NCBI GenBank assembly: GCA_963792585.1
Contig: CAWBWI010000003.1
Span: 32,001-96,000, forward strand
Direction of reading: 5' to 3'
DNA length: 64,000 bases
From: Candidatus Eiseniibacteriota bacterium
GTDB lineage: Bacteria > Eisenbacteria > RBG-16-71-46 > CAIMUX01 > VGJL01
Shown: positions 21,208 to 32,429 of the stretch, piece after piece
Position numbering within the stretch: position 1 is the first letter of the stretch
Layout of the letters: every line of letters begins with the position of its first letter
The notes under the pieces: generated by a model
Told to the model about the DNA's origin: nothing
The model's input: only the letters and a program-made list of their open reading frames with translations
The model's database searches: none
Translations under genes and position numbers: made by a program

Positions 21208-22377
21208 ATGAAGGTCGGTGTCGCCAAGGAGACTGCGCCCGGAGAGCGGCGCGTCGCCCTGGTACCCGAAGCGCTCGGCAAGCTGCAGGCGGCCGGGTGC
21301 GAGATCCTCGTCGAACCCGGCGCCGGCGCCGGTTCGGCCATCCTCGACAGCGCCTACGCGGAGGCCGGCGCGACCATCGTCCCGACCGACACGCTCTACC
21401 AGCAGTCGGACGTGATCCTCAAGGTCGCCAAGCCATCCCCCGCGGAGGTCGCGACGACTCCGCCAGGGACAGGCCGTCGTCGGATTCCTGCAGCCCCTCA
21501 TCGATCCGCAGCTGGCGCAAGGAGCCTCGCGGCGACGGGCGTCACGGCCATCAGCCTCGACGCCATCCCGCGCACGCTGTGCCGCGCCCAGACGATGGAC
21601 GCGCTGAGCTCGCAGGCGAACGTCGGCGGCTACAAGGCCGTGCTCATCGCGGCCAACGCCTACCCTCGCTACTTCCCGCTGCTGACGACGGCCGCCGGCA
21701 CGGCCAAGCCCGCCAACGTGCTCATCCTGGGCATCGGCGTGGCCGGCCTCCAGGCGATCGGCACGGCCAGGCGCCTCGGCGCCGTCGTCCACGCCTACGA
21801 CGTCCGGCCCGAGACCCGCGAGCAGGCCGAGAGCCTCGGCGCCAAGTTCGTCAAGCTCAAGACCACCATCGATGCGACCGGCGCCGGCGGCTACGCCCGT
21901 GAGCTGACCGCCGAGGAGCGCGCGGCCCAGCAGGCCGAGCTGAACGAGGCCATCGGCGGCATGGACGTGGTCATCACCACCGCCCAGATCCCCGGCCGCA
22001 AGCCGCCGGTCCTCGTGACCGCCGACGCCGTCAGTCGGATGAAGTCCGGCTCGGTGATCGTGGACATGGCCGCCTCCGCCCTCGGCGGCAACTGCGAGCT
22101 GAGTCAGGCCGGCCAGACGGTCGAGACGCCCAACGGCGTGACGATCATCGCGCCGGACAACCTGCCGGCGAGCATGCCGGCCGGCGCATCCCCGTTCTAC
22201 GCCCGCAACATCTCGAACCTCGTGCTCGGGATGATCAAGGACGGCGCCCTCCACCTCGACTTCGAGGATGAGGTGACCAAGGCGACCGTCATCACCCATG
22301 GCGGCGCGGTCGTCTCCGAGGCGGTGAGCAAGCTGCTCGAACCCGCCCCGACGGCGGCTCCCGGAGGCCCGGCATGA
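21208..22377 (+). CDS. pntA: NAD(P) transhydrogenase alpha subunit, part 1 (dI)
   Basis: GERRVALVP; MDALSSQANVGGYKAV; GGYARELT; DVVITTAQIPGRKPP. Confidence 0.95.
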   Translation: MKVGVAKETAPGERRVALVPEALGKLQAAGCEILVEPGAGAGSAILDSAYAEAGATIVPTDTLYQQSDVILKVAKPSPAEVATTPPGTGRRRIPAAPHRSAAGARSLAATGVTAISLDAIPRTLCRAQTMDALSSQANVGGYKAVLIAANAYPRYFPLLTTAAGTAKPANVLILGIGVAGLQAIGTARRLGAVVHAYDVRPETREQAESLGAKFVKLKTTIDATGAGGYARELTAEERAAQQAELNEAIGGMDVVITTAQIPGRKPPVLVTADAVSRMKSGSVIVDMAASALGGNCELSQAGQTVETPNGVTIIAPDNLPASMPAGASPFYARNISNLVLGMIKDGALHLDFEDEVTKATVITHGGAVVSEAVSKLLEPAPTAAPGGPA

Positions 22378-22712
22378 CCCCCGAAGTCACGGCGCTGCTC
22401 AACGCGCTGACCATCTTCACGCTGGCGATCCTCGTCGGCTTCGCGGTCATCAGCAAGGTGCCGGCCACCCTGCACACCCCGTTGATGTCGGGGGCGAACT
22501 CGATCCACGGCATCGTCCTCGTCGGCGCGATGATCATCGCGTCGGAGGCGGAGGACCCGATCAGCATCATCCTGTCGCTGGTCGCCGTCGCGTTCGCGAC
22601 GATGAACGTGGTCGGCGGCTATGTCGTCACCGACCGGATGCTCCAGATGTTCCGCAAGAAGCCCGTCGCGCCCAAACCCGCCGACGTCGCGGTCGACCAG
22701 GGCGAGGCGTAA
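22374..22712 (+). CDS. pntA: NAD(P) transhydrogenase alpha subunit, part 2 (membrane)
   Basis: VPATLHTPLMSGANSIHG; GGYVVTDRMLQMF. Confidence 0.95.
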   Translation: MTPEVTALLNALTIFTLAILVGFAVISKVPATLHTPLMSGANSIHGIVLVGAMIIASEAEDPISIILSLVAVAFATMNVVGGYVVTDRMLQMFRKKPVAPKPADVAVDQGEA

Positions 22713-22715
22713 CCG

Positions 22716-24153
22716 ATGGATACCCTCGGCATCATCGAAGTCCTCGTTCGCATCGCCTGGTTGATGGGCGCGTCCGCGTTCGTCATCGGGCTCATGCGGA
22801 TGAACTCGCCGGCCACCGCCCGCAACGGCAACCTCGTATCCGCCGGCGGCATGATCCTCGCGATCGCCGCGACCGCGATCTGGATCCTGGCCAAGGAACT
22901 GCTCAGCCCGGAGATGGACGGCATCAGCCCGACCACCTGGGCGATCATCGCGATCGGCATCGCCATCGGTGGCGGCCTGGGCCTGTACATGGCCAAGACC
23001 GTGAAGATGACCGCGATGCCCCAGCTGGTGTCGCTGTTCAACGCGGTCGGTGGCGGGGCGGCGGCGCTCATCGCGATCGACGACTACCTGGGCCTCAAGG
23101 CCGCGCCCTCGATCCAGGTCAATGTCGCGACCGTCCTCGACATCATCATCGGCTCGATCACGTTCAGCGGCTCGCTGATCGCGTCGGGCAAGCTGATGGG
23201 CCTCAGGATCACCCCGTCGGCCCCGGTCATGATCCCCGGTGGCCGGATCGTCACCGTCGTCCTCGCCGTCGTGGCGGTGGGCGGCGCCCTGTTCCTGTGG
23301 GCGGGCAACCTCGTCCGTCCCGGTCATGTTCCTCATCCTGGCCGCCGCGCTGATCTTCGGCGTCACGATGACGCTGCCCATCGGCGGGGCGGACATGCCG
23401 GTCGTCATCAGCCTGCTGAACTCGTTCACGGGCACCGCGGTGGCGATGGCGGGCTTCGTCCTCGATAACCCGGTCCTGATCATCGCCGGCGCCCTCGTGG
23501 GTGCGTCGGGCGCGATCCTGACCAAGCTCATGGCCGACGCGATGAACCGCTCGGTCTTGAACATCATGCTCGGTGGCTTTGGCGGCGGTGAGGGGACCCA
23601 GACCGCCGTCGGCGGTCCAGGCGGCACCGTCCGCTCCATCGGCGCGGACGACGTCGCGATCCAGCTTGCCTACGCCCAGAACGTGATCATCGTTCCGGGT
23701 TACGGCCTCGCGGTGGCACAGGCCCAGCACGCCGTGCGCGAGCTGGCCGAGCTCCTCGAGGAGAAAGGCGTGGACGTGAAATACGCCATCCATCCGGTCG
23801 CCGGCCGGATGCCCGGACACATGAACGTCCTGCTCGCCGAGGCGAACGTCCCCTATCCGCAGCTCAAGGAGATGGACGACATCAACCCCGAGTTCGACCG
23901 TTGCGACGTAGCGCTGGTCATCGGCGCCAACGACGTGACGAACCCGGCGGCGCGCCGACCCGGCTCGCCGGTCTCGGGCATGCCGATCCTCGATGTCGAC
24001 CACGCCAAGTCCATCGTCGTCATCAAGCGCTCGATGGGCCGCGGCTACGCCGGCATCGACAACGAGCTCTACACCAACGAGAAGACGGGCATGCTCTTCG
24101 CCGACGCGAAGGACGGCCTGGCAGCACTCACCGCGGCGGTCAAGGCGCTGTAG
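22716..24153 (+). CDS. pntB: NAD(P) transhydrogenase beta subunit; frameshift near 23315
   Basis: IGGADMPVVISLLNS; IHPVAGRMPGHMNVLLAEA; GANDVTNPAA. Confidence 0.95.
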
Positions 24154-24190
24154 CGCCGCCCACCGAGAGGTGGGATCTTCGCAGACGCTC

Positions 24191-24217
24191 GAAGCCCCGG
24201 CCACCGGTCGGGGCTTC
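24191..24217. terminator. Hairpin after pntB
   Basis: GAAGCCCCGGCC-ACC-GGTCGGGGCTTC; no clear U-tract. Confidence 0.5.
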
Positions 24218-24494
24218 ATCGTGGAACCTGGCCTCCGCCCGAGCGGGACGCGGCACTCGGCCCACATTCACAGCATGAATGTCGCCGGACCGGCAAGCGT
24301 CGCTGCCGCGACGCGCTCCCGAGCCGCCGGCCGGGGCGTCTCATGCCGAACGGACGATGTCCGAGGGTTCAGATGCGCCACAATGGCGAGGCACCCCAGT
24401 CGAGCTTCGCCGATCTCATCTCGGTCGGCGAGACCGGACGACCCGGTCGTGGCCACGAGCGGCTCCTGGCGCGCATCAGGGGAAGGACCCAGAC

Positions 24495-25139
24495 ATGACC
24501 GACGAGACCACCACGCCTCCGACCGCCGACGACGTCGTCGTCGTGGCCGCCCAGATCTCCGACGAGCAAGGCGTCATCGCCGAAGGCGCGATCGCTGCCG
24601 AGGGTGATCATGCCCTCCTCGTGGCGCGCTTCGCCGACACGACGGCCGCCATCGCGATCTACGACGAGCTGCTGTCCGCCGAGATCGACGGCTCACTCCA
24701 CATCGATGCCGTGCTCGTGGCCAAGGGCGACCAGGACGGCAAGATCCACATCCAGAAGATGACGGACCACAGCACCCGCAAGGGCCTCAAGTGGGGCATC
24801 GTCGGCGGCGTGGTCGCGGCGGTCTTCCTTCCCGCGACCATCATCGGTGGCGCGGTGGCCCTCGGCGCGGCGGGCGCGGCCGCCGGCAAGGCACGCAACC
24901 TCGCCCACCGGGTCGAGGTCGAGAAGGAACTCGCCGGCGTGATCACCCCGGGCACGTCCGGCATCCTGTGCCTCGTCTCGGCCGCGCAGGCCGAGGAAGT
25001 GGCCAAGAAGATGCCGGAGGCCCAGGAAGTCAAGACCGTCCCGGTCGACGAGGAGACCGCGGGCGCGATCAAGGAGGCCGCAGTCGCGGCCGACAAGGCG
25101 GCGCCCGCTGCGACCGCCGAGGAAGCGCCGGCCAGCTGA
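24495..25139 (+). CDS. DUF1269-family membrane protein
   Basis: KMTDHSTRKGLKWGIVGGVVAAVFLP; ITPGTSGI; AAGGA RBS. Confidence 0.75.
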   Translation: MTDETTTPPTADDVVVVAAQISDEQGVIAEGAIAAEGDHALLVARFADTTAAIAIYDELLSAEIDGSLHIDAVLVAKGDQDGKIHIQKMTDHSTRKGLKWGIVGGVVAAVFLPATIIGGAVALGAAGAAAGKARNLAHRVEVEKELAGVITPGTSGILCLVSAAQAEEVAKKMPEAQEVKTVPVDEETAGAIKEAAVAADKAAPAATAEEAPAS

Positions 25140-25206
25140 CCGACGCCATCCGACAGCCGTGGAACATGCGAGCCCGGGGCCATCGGCTCCGGGCTCGAGC
25201 CGTACA

Positions 25207-25845
25207 TCAGTCGGTCCATCTCCAGTCGGCCAGAAGTCGGTCGAAAGCGGCCCGGTCCTCGACCACCTTTCCGGGAGGGTTCATGAGGTTCACGACGAGC
25301 CCGAACCCGTCACGCACCACGTAGAGCGAGAGCAGGTGGAGCCCGCCGCAGTCGAAGTCGACGAGGATCGCGGGCGTTCCGTCAAAAGCGACCGGGGTGC
25401 TCGACTCCGGCGCAGCTGGGCATCCGTGCCAACTTGCCTTCTGCTCCTGTGATGCCACCGCGAAGGCCTCGAGTTCGAGATCGGTCGGGGCGCCGTAGAC
25501 GAAGACCAGGCGACTCCCGGCGAGATATGCGTGATCGGTCAGCGGACCGGTCGAATCGATCCGGCTAGCCGCGTCCCACGCTTCCCTGGCGGCGATCATC
25601 TCACCGGCCGCCTGGTCACCTGGGATGCGGGCCAGGTACCGGTAGTCGGCCGATTCGAAGACGATGTCCGGTGGGACTGAACTCGGGTCGGAGGTTGCGG
25701 GCTCATCGGTCGGCTCGGGCGACGGGGTGACCGCCGTCGTGGGCGCCACGCTCGGCGAGGTGGCCACGGACGACGAGCATGCGGCCGCGCAGAGCAGAAG
25801 GAGGCCCAGCGCCGGCGCGGCAATCGGCTGGCAGGAACGTCTCAT
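25207..25845 (-). CDS. Putative lipoprotein
   Basis: Lipobox-like LCAAAC followed by an S/T/P-rich linker. Confidence 0.65.
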   Translation of the reverse strand: MRRSCQPIAAPALGLLLLCAAACSSSVATSPSVAPTTAVTPSPEPTDEPATSDPSSVPPDIVFESADYRYLARIPGDQAAGEMIAAREAWDAASRIDSTGPLTDHAYLAGSRLVFVYGAPTDLELEAFAVASQEQKASWHGCPAAPESSTPVAFDGTPAILVDFDCGGLHLLSLYVVRDGFGLVVNLMNPPGKVVEDRAAFDRLLADWRWTD

Positions 25846-25868
25846 CGGATGAACCGTCCTCGGGCTAC

Positions 25869-26984
25869 CTACGCCGACGGCACCACCGCGGCAGAGCGCG
25901 GGATCGGGTTGACGTCCGCGATCTCCAGCGGCGCCAGCTCCCGAGTGACTCGGCGACGACGACCGCGTCGTCGCCCGACTCGAGCACGAAGTCGGCCGGC
26001 GGGTTCACGAAGGCGTGGCCGCCGCGGTTGACGGACAGCAGCGTCGCGTGGTGCTCGGTGCGCAGCCGTGCCGGAGACCGCGTCGATGGACAGCCCGATG
26101 TAGTCCTCCGGCAGCGAGATCCGGTACAGCTCCGAGCCCTCGCCACCTGACACGATGTCCGTCACGATCCCGGTCAGGCCCGGATACAGGGCCGAGCGGG
26201 CGAGCAGGTGCGACGCGATCTTCGAGGTCACCAGCAACTCGTCCACGTCCGCCCGTCGGAAGTGCGGCTCGTGGCGCGGGTTGTTGACCTCCGCCACCGT
26301 CCGGACATCCGGCGCGGCGTGCTCGATGGCCATGATCGTGAGGATGGAGCGCATGTCGGCACCGTCCGACGCGTCGTCCGGGAAGATCAGCGCCGCCGAA
26401 GCCTCCTTGATGCCGGCCCGATCCAGGTCCTCCTCGTTGGTCGAGTCGCCGCGCACGAAGTAGACGCCGTCACCGGCCGGGTTCTTGTCCAGCTCGGCGA
26501 TGACCACGACCTTCTGCTTGTAGTCGTCGCCTCGCAATTCGGCGATGAGGTCACGGGCGGTCGAGTTCCAGCCGCACACGACGATGTGGTCCTTGTACCC
26601 GGAAGCACCCAAGCCCGAACCCTCCTTGAGCAGGAAATCGATGACCATCGCGACGAGGGCGCCCGTGATCATGCCGAGCATGGCGACGCCGAACAGGATG
26701 AGCAACCAGCCGATGATGCGCCCGGCCGGCGAGGTGACGAACGCGGAGTCGCCCTGACCCAGGACGGTCGCGATCCCCCAGTTGAACGAGTCGAAGATGG
26801 ACTCGAACGTCCACGGCTTCTCGAAGAACGTGATGAGGATCGCCGCGATCAGCACGAACCCGACGATGCCCTCGGCCAGGGTCAGGAAGAACCGTCGATC
26901 CAGCTGGCCCGCGACGCGGCGCACATGCCACGCCACCCGCCGGATGATCGGGCTGGCCAGGGTCGGGACGGGGATGCGTGGCAT
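25869..26984 (-). CDS. Potassium channel family protein (2TM plus TrkA-N/TrkA-C); frameshifts
   Basis: WGIATVLGQGD pore-like segment (atypical compared with TVGYGD); HIVVCGWN; FVRGDSTNEEDL. Confidence 0.85.
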   Translation of the reverse strand: MPRIPVPTLASPIIRRVAWHVRRVAGQLDRRFFLTLAEGIVGFVLIAAILITFFEKPWTFESIFDSFNWGIATVLGQGDSAFVTSPAGRIIGWLLILFGVAMLGMITGALVAMVIDFLLKEGSGLGASGYKDHIVVCGWNSTARDLIAELRGDDYKQKVVVIAELDKNPAGDGVYFVRGDSTNEEDLDRAGIKEASAALIFPDDASDGADMRSILTIMAIEHAAPDVRTVAEVNNPRHEPHFRRADVDELLVTSKIASHLLARSALYPGLTGIVTDIVSGGEGSELYRISLPEDYIGLSIDAVSGTAAHRAPRDAAVRQPRRPRLREPAGRLRARVGRRRGRRRRVTRELAPLEIADVNPIPRSAAVVPSA

Positions 26985-27151
26985 CGCCGCCGATCGTGCC
27001 ACATCGCCGGGCGCCAGCGCCAGCGGCTATCGACGCTCGGGGCAGCATCATCACCATCGGATGATGCGGTCGGGCCTGGTCGTGCGAGCATGCGCACGTC
27101 GAGATCGACATCCCGTGCCTCGTGGTGGGCAACGGACGAGGGAGGACTCCA

Positions 27152-28891
27152 GTGACCGCAGCGAAGGCTCGCAAGCCGAGATCCCGGATTCCGCTGTTCG
27201 AGGGCCTGCTCCCGTTCGACACGACCCGGCTCAGCGTCGACGTGCTCGCCGGGGCAACCCTGGCGGCGCTCGCGATCCCCGAGGTGATGGGCTACACGAA
27301 GATCGCCGGGACACCGGTCATCACCGGTCTCTACACGCTGCTAGTTCCGGTCATCCTGTTCGCCATCCTCGGGTCGTCTCGCCACCTCGTGGTCGGCGCC
27401 GACTCAGCGACGGCCGCCATCCTTGCCACTGGCCTCGTCGCGATGGGCGCCGTGGCGGAGTCCACGACGTACGTCGGCCTGGCGTCGCTCGCCGCGCTGA
27501 TGTGCGCGGTCCTGCTCGTGCTGGCTCGGCTGCTCAAGCTCGGCTTCATCGCGAACTTCCTGTCGCGCAGCGTGCTCATCGGCTTCCTTACCGGCGTCGG
27601 CATCCAGGTGGCGATGGGCCAGGTCGGCGGGATGTTCGGCATCCCGAGCCAGGAGGGCGGCACCGTCCAGAAGTTCGTCGAGACCATTCAACTCATCCCG
27701 ACCGACACGATCATCCCGACCCTCGTGGTCTCCTTGTTCGTCCTGATCACGATCGTCGGCCTGGACCGGGTCAACAAGAAGATCCCGGGCGCGCTGATCG
27801 CGGTCGTCGTTGCCATCGTCGCGAGCTACGCCCTCGACCTCGTCGCCGATGGCGTGACGACCCTGGGCCCCGTGCCGGGCGGCTTGCCCGCGCTCGGCCT
27901 CCCGACCGACGTGATGACCTGGGACAACGTCGTCGCGCTGCTCCCGACCGTCATCTCGCTCGTCGTCGTCATCCTCGCCCAGAGCGCGGCGACTTCCCGG
28001 GCCTACGCCATGAAGTACGCCGACAGCTTTGACGAGAACGTCGACCTCGTCGGTCTGGGTGCCGCCAACCTTGGCGCCGGGATCACCGGTACGTTCGTGG
28101 TCAACGGCAGCCCGACCAAGACGGAGATGGTGGACAGCGCCGGTGGCCGGTCACAGGTCTCGCAACTGACCGCCGCGGCGGTCGTCGTGGCCGTGCTCCT
28201 ATTCCTCACCGGTCCACTGTCCTACATGCCCAACGCCGTCCTGGCGTCCGTCGTCTTCCTCATCGGGATCCGGCTGGTCGACGTCAGGGGCATGAGCGAC
28301 ATCTACCGCTTGCGCAAAGGCGAGTTCGCCGTGGCCGCCGTGACCGCGTTCACGGTCGTGGTCGTGGGCGTGGAGCAGGGGATCATCCTCGCGATGGCCC
28401 TCTCGATCGTCGAGCACATCTATCACAGCTATCGGCCGTACGACACGCTCATCGTCCAGACGCCGGATCACGGTGTCCACACGGCCGACCTTTCCAGCAA
28501 CGGCCAACTGGCGCCCGGTCTGGTCGCCTACCGCTTCGGGTCGGGTCTCTACTACGCGAATGCCACTCGGTTCACCGAGGAGGTCTTGACCGTCGTGGAG
28601 GACGCCGATCCGCCGCTGCGCACGCTCCTGGTCGTCGGCTCGGCGATGTCCGACGTCGACTACTCCGGATCGGACTCGCTCCGGCAGGTCCAGGAGGAGT
28701 TGGGTCGCAAGGGGGTGACCCTCGCCCTCGCCGACCTGAGCCCGGCCGTCCGGGCGCAGCTGGACGCCTACGGGCTCACCGAGAGGATCGGTGCCGGCAA
28801 CATCCATACCTCGGTCACGGAGGCGATCCGAGCACATCAGGGAGGATCCGAGCCGTCGGCTCCAGCGGCTCCTGGACCGTCGTCGACATGA
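27152..28891 (+). CDS. SulP family anion transporter with STAS domain
   Basis: DVLAGATLAALAIPEVMGY; GSSRHLVVG; YRFGSGLYYANA. Confidence 0.95.
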   Translation: MTAAKARKPRSRIPLFEGLLPFDTTRLSVDVLAGATLAALAIPEVMGYTKIAGTPVITGLYTLLVPVILFAILGSSRHLVVGADSATAAILATGLVAMGAVAESTTYVGLASLAALMCAVLLVLARLLKLGFIANFLSRSVLIGFLTGVGIQVAMGQVGGMFGIPSQEGGTVQKFVETIQLIPTDTIIPTLVVSLFVLITIVGLDRVNKKIPGALIAVVVAIVASYALDLVADGVTTLGPVPGGLPALGLPTDVMTWDNVVALLPTVISLVVVILAQSAATSRAYAMKYADSFDENVDLVGLGAANLGAGITGTFVVNGSPTKTEMVDSAGGRSQVSQLTAAAVVVAVLLFLTGPLSYMPNAVLASVVFLIGIRLVDVRGMSDIYRLRKGEFAVAAVTAFTVVVVGVEQGIILAMALSIVEHIYHSYRPYDTLIVQTPDHGVHTADLSSNGQLAPGLVAYRFGSGLYYANATRFTEEVLTVVEDADPPLRTLLVVGSAMSDVDYSGSDSLRQVQEELGRKGVTLALADLSPAVRAQLDAYGLTERIGAGNIHTSVTEAIRAHQGGSEPSAPAAPGPSST

Positions 28892-28901
28892 GCGCCATCG
28901 C

Positions 28902-30250
28902 ATGGCCGAGCGACTGACCCGAGAAGGGCTCCGCCAGGCCGGCGTGGCCGCACGCGACGCGCTTCCACCGGCCGACCTGGGAACGTGGACGCCGGCGCCG
29001 GATCGCCCGGATCCCGCTGGCCCTGCTCCAGGAGCAGGCCGCGACCCGGATCCCGCAGCTGGTCCCAGTGCGTCACGGGCGGATGGCAGTCTCGCCGTTC
29101 ACCTTCTATCGCGGCGCGGCACTCCCGATGGCCGCCGACCTTGCGGCCGGCCCGCGCACGGATCTCCGCGTCCAGATCTGCGGCGACGCCCACCTTGCGA
29201 ACTTCGGGCTGTTCGCGTCGCCGGAACGCGACCTGCTCTTCGATATCAACGACTTCGACGAGACCCTCCACGGGCCCTTCGAGTTCGACCTCAAGCGCCT
29301 GGCCGCCAGCCTCGTCGTCGCCGGCAGGGACCGCGGATTCGGGGCGCATGACACGAGGCACATCGTGCACCGGGCCATGCGCTCGTATCGAGAGCGGATG
29401 GCCGGATACGCGTCGATGCGGGCGATCGACGTGTATTACGCGCATGTCGATGCAACGGCGATCCTCGCCTACGTCGGCAAACGCGCGCGGGGCATGATCG
29501 AGGGTACCGTCAGATCGACGGCGCACCATGACTCGATCCATGACCTCTCCAGGCTGACGGCGACGGTCGACGGTCATCCAAGGATCGTCGAGCGCCCCCC
29601 TACCCTGGTCCGCTTGCCCGACGCCGAGCCGCCGCTCGCCCGGGACGTCCTCGCCCAGTATCGCGGCACCCTGCAGGAGGATCGGCGCGTCCTGCTCGAC
29701 CGGTACGTCATGACCGACTACGCCCTCAAGGTCGTCGGCGTGGGTAGCGTCGGCCTTGGGGCCTTCGTCGTGCTGCTCATGGGCGGCGCCGACGACGATC
29801 CGATCGTCCTCCAGGCCAAGCAGGCCGAACCATCCGTCTACGAGCGGTACCTGGGAGCAAGCCGGGCCGCCAGCCACGGCGAGCGCGTGGTCACCGGCCA
29901 GCGCCGGCTCCAGGCGGCGAGCGACATCCTCCTGGGCTGGGGTGTCGGGAAGCATGGCCGCCACTGGTACGTGCGTCAGCACCAGGACCAGAAGGGCAAC
30001 GCGGTCATCGCGACCATGACCCTGGACGAACTCACGACCTGGGGCGAACTGTGCGGATGGGCCCTCGCCCGTGGCCACGCACGTTCCGGCGAACCGTCGA
30101 CGATCGCCGGATATCTCGGTGCGGGCGACGAGTTCGACCATGCCATGGCCTCGTTCGCGGACGGCCTATGCCGACCAGACCGAGCGGGACCACGCGGCGT
30201 TCACGGCCGCCATCACGGCCGGCAGGATCGAGGCCGAGCGAGGCGTCTGA
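28902..30250 (+). CDS. DUF2252 family protein; frameshifts
   Basis: RHGRMAVSPFTFYRGAA; QICGDAHLANFG; FDINDFDET; KVVGVGSVG. Confidence 0.92.
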
Positions 30251-30263
30251 GACCCGGGTCCGG

Positions 30264-30797
30264 TCACGGCGCCGGCTCGTCGGCGTCGGTGCTCACCGTC
30301 ACGACCTCCGCGCCGAGGGCGGCCACGAGGTCCCGCGGGGCGAGGTGCAGGTTGATCCCGAACCCGCCACCCCCGATCGCGACGAGCGGATGCGTCATCG
30401 CGGCGCTGTCCACCACGACGGGCCACGGGCGCGATGACCCGAACGGCGTGATGGTGTAGCGCTCGTAGCCGGTCACCGCGCGCGCCTCATCGGCATCCGG
30501 CAAGGTCAGGCGCCGGACGCCAAGGTGCTCGCGCAGCAACGGCCAGTCGAACCGTCGGCCCGCCGGTACCAGCACGAACAGGTAGTCGTCGTCGCCGCGA
30601 CGGACCACGATGGTGCGCAGGAGCGCTCCGACCGGGATGCCCTGGAGCTCGGCGCTCTCCTCGGCGGACCTGGCGCGCTGGGTCCGGACGACGTCGAAGG
30701 CCACGCCACGTTCGGTCACGGCCCGGATCGCCGGGGTCGGATCCGTCGCCTCGCCGACGGTCGCAGGCGGCATCTCGGGCGACGTCTCGTCGGTCAT
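30264..30797 (-). CDS. YbaK/EbsC aminoacyl-tRNA deacylase family
   Basis: LLRTIVVR; TGYERYTITPFG; AIGGGGFG. Confidence 0.88.
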   Translation of the reverse strand: MTDETSPEMPPATVGEATDPTPAIRAVTERGVAFDVVRTQRARSAEESAELQGIPVGALLRTIVVRRGDDDYLFVLVPAGRRFDWPLLREHLGVRRLTLPDADEARAVTGYERYTITPFGSSRPWPVVVDSAAMTHPLVAIGGGGFGINLHLAPRDLVAALGAEVVTVSTDADEPAP

Positions 30798-30809
30798 CTC
30801 GTGCGCACC

Positions 30810-31598
30810 TCAGCCGGGGAAGACCGTGCCGCCGTTCGGCGACAGGACCTGGCCCACGTAGGGCTCGCCGCCGGGACCGGCCAGGAACGCGACCGACGCC
30901 GCCACCTCGTCAGGGACCAGGAACCGGCCGATCCGAACGGTCGCCAGCTCGGCCTCGATCGCCTCCGCGTCGTTGTCGCGGAGCATCGGCGTGTCGACCG
31001 GACCCGGCGCGACGGCGTTGACGCGGACGCCGTACTCGGCGACCTGGTAGGCAAGGGCCCGGGTGAACCCCACGAGCGCGGCCTTCGCGGTGACGTACTG
31101 GACGCTCTGGTTTCCCAGCCAGACCGCTTCCGACGCGATGTTGACGATGCGGCCCCACCCGCGCTCGATCATCCCCGGGAGGACCGCGCTGGTCAGGTGA
31201 AAGGCGCCCGAGACGTGGACGTCCATGACGCGCTGCCACGCCTCGAACGTGGTGTCGACGAAGCGCCCGCTCCCCGCGACTCCGGCGTTATTCACGAGGA
31301 TGTCGATCGAGTCGTGCGCGGCGACGTGGACGGCCAGCTGGCTTGCCACGCCGGACGCGTCCGTGACGTCGGCGCCCAGCGCGCCGGCCCGACCACCCAT
31401 CCCCACGATCTCGCCGACGACCCGCTCGGCGGCCACGAGGTCGCGGTCCAGGCAACCGACCCACGCCGCGCCGTCGGCCGCGAGACGGATGGCGGTCGCC
31501 CGTCCGATCCCCGAGCCGGCGCCGGTCACGAGCGCGACCCGCCCGGCCAGCGGGGATAGCCGACCTGGTGAGGCGTCCTGGTCGCGGGGCGGTGGCAT
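30810..31598 (-). CDS. SDR oxidoreductase (FabG-like)
   Basis: TGAGSGIG; NNAG; YVTAK; NAVAPGPVDT. Confidence 0.93.
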   Translation of the reverse strand: MPPPRDQDASPGRLSPLAGRVALVTGAGSGIGRATAIRLAADGAAWVGCLDRDLVAAERVVGEIVGMGGRAGALGADVTDASGVASQLAVHVAAHDSIDILVNNAGVAGSGRFVDTTFEAWQRVMDVHVSGAFHLTSAVLPGMIERGWGRIVNIASEAVWLGNQSVQYVTAKAALVGFTRALAYQVAEYGVRVNAVAPGPVDTPMLRDNDAEAIEAELATVRIGRFLVPDEVAASVAFLAGPGGEPYVGQVLSPNGGTVFPG

Positions 31599-31648
31599 CG
31601 CCGCAATGCTAGCGTCCGCGTTCGTGGACCGTGGCACCATCGTGGGAC

Positions 31649-31944
31649 ATGGAGCCGATCTTCCTCGTCGTGGGTGGCCCGGCGTGCGGGTTCAAGAGCA
31701 TCACGAGCCGCGCCCAGGCCGCGACGTTCCCCAGAGGGCGTTCACCTTCCCGTGGACGACATCCGGCACATGGTCGTGTCTCGGCCTGTCGCTTCCGCGG
31801 GCCGGACTGGACGACGAGCTGGTGCGGGAGGAGGTCGGCGCCTCGCCCGGACGGCCGCGACCCGGATGGCGATGGACTATGCCGCGCGCGGGCATGGCGG
31901 TGGTGCTGGACGACTTCTACGATCCGGGCGGACTCATCGAATGA
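31649..31944 (+). pseudogene. P-loop kinase (AAA_33-like), frameshifted and apparently truncated
   Basis: IFLVVGGP Walker A start; VHLPVDDIRHMVVS; VVLDDFYDP, then stop. Confidence 0.55.
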
Positions 31945-32429
31945 CGACGAGCTCCGGCGTAACGGACCGGCCCTACGGGGTCGCGCTGCCCGAGCACGTC
32001 GGTCGAGGTCTTGCGGCCCGGGAGCACGTGGTAGAGCAGGACCGTCTCGAGGGTGTTGATGGGGTCCATCTTGAGACTGGTGATCGCGCCGAGGATGGAT
32101 TTCACGACGCCCGCCTCGGTCGTCGACCACTTGCCGGTCAGGCTGTAGGCAAAGACCCGGAAGGCGCGGTCGTTCGGGGCGAGGACGGTCAGGGCGGCGG
32201 CGTCGCTGCCGAGCAGGCCGACCGGCGAGATGGGCTTCGCGCCGAGGACGGCGAAGGCCGCGGCCTCGACGATGTCGAAGTCATACCAGTTCGAGTCGAA
32301 GGCGACGCCATCAGCGCCAGGACTTCGACCACATTGGACGGCGGCTCCGACCGCGGCGGCAGGGCCGGCGATCGAGACGACGAGGGCCCCCGCCACGACG
32401 GCGGAGACGAGGGTTCGGCGAAGGCGCAT
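31917..32429 (-). pseudogene. Secreted fasciclin-domain protein, C-terminus apparently lost
   Basis: Signal peptide; LTVLAPNDRAF and LLYHVLPG motifs; terminal NGxIHxI motif absent. Confidence 0.7.
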
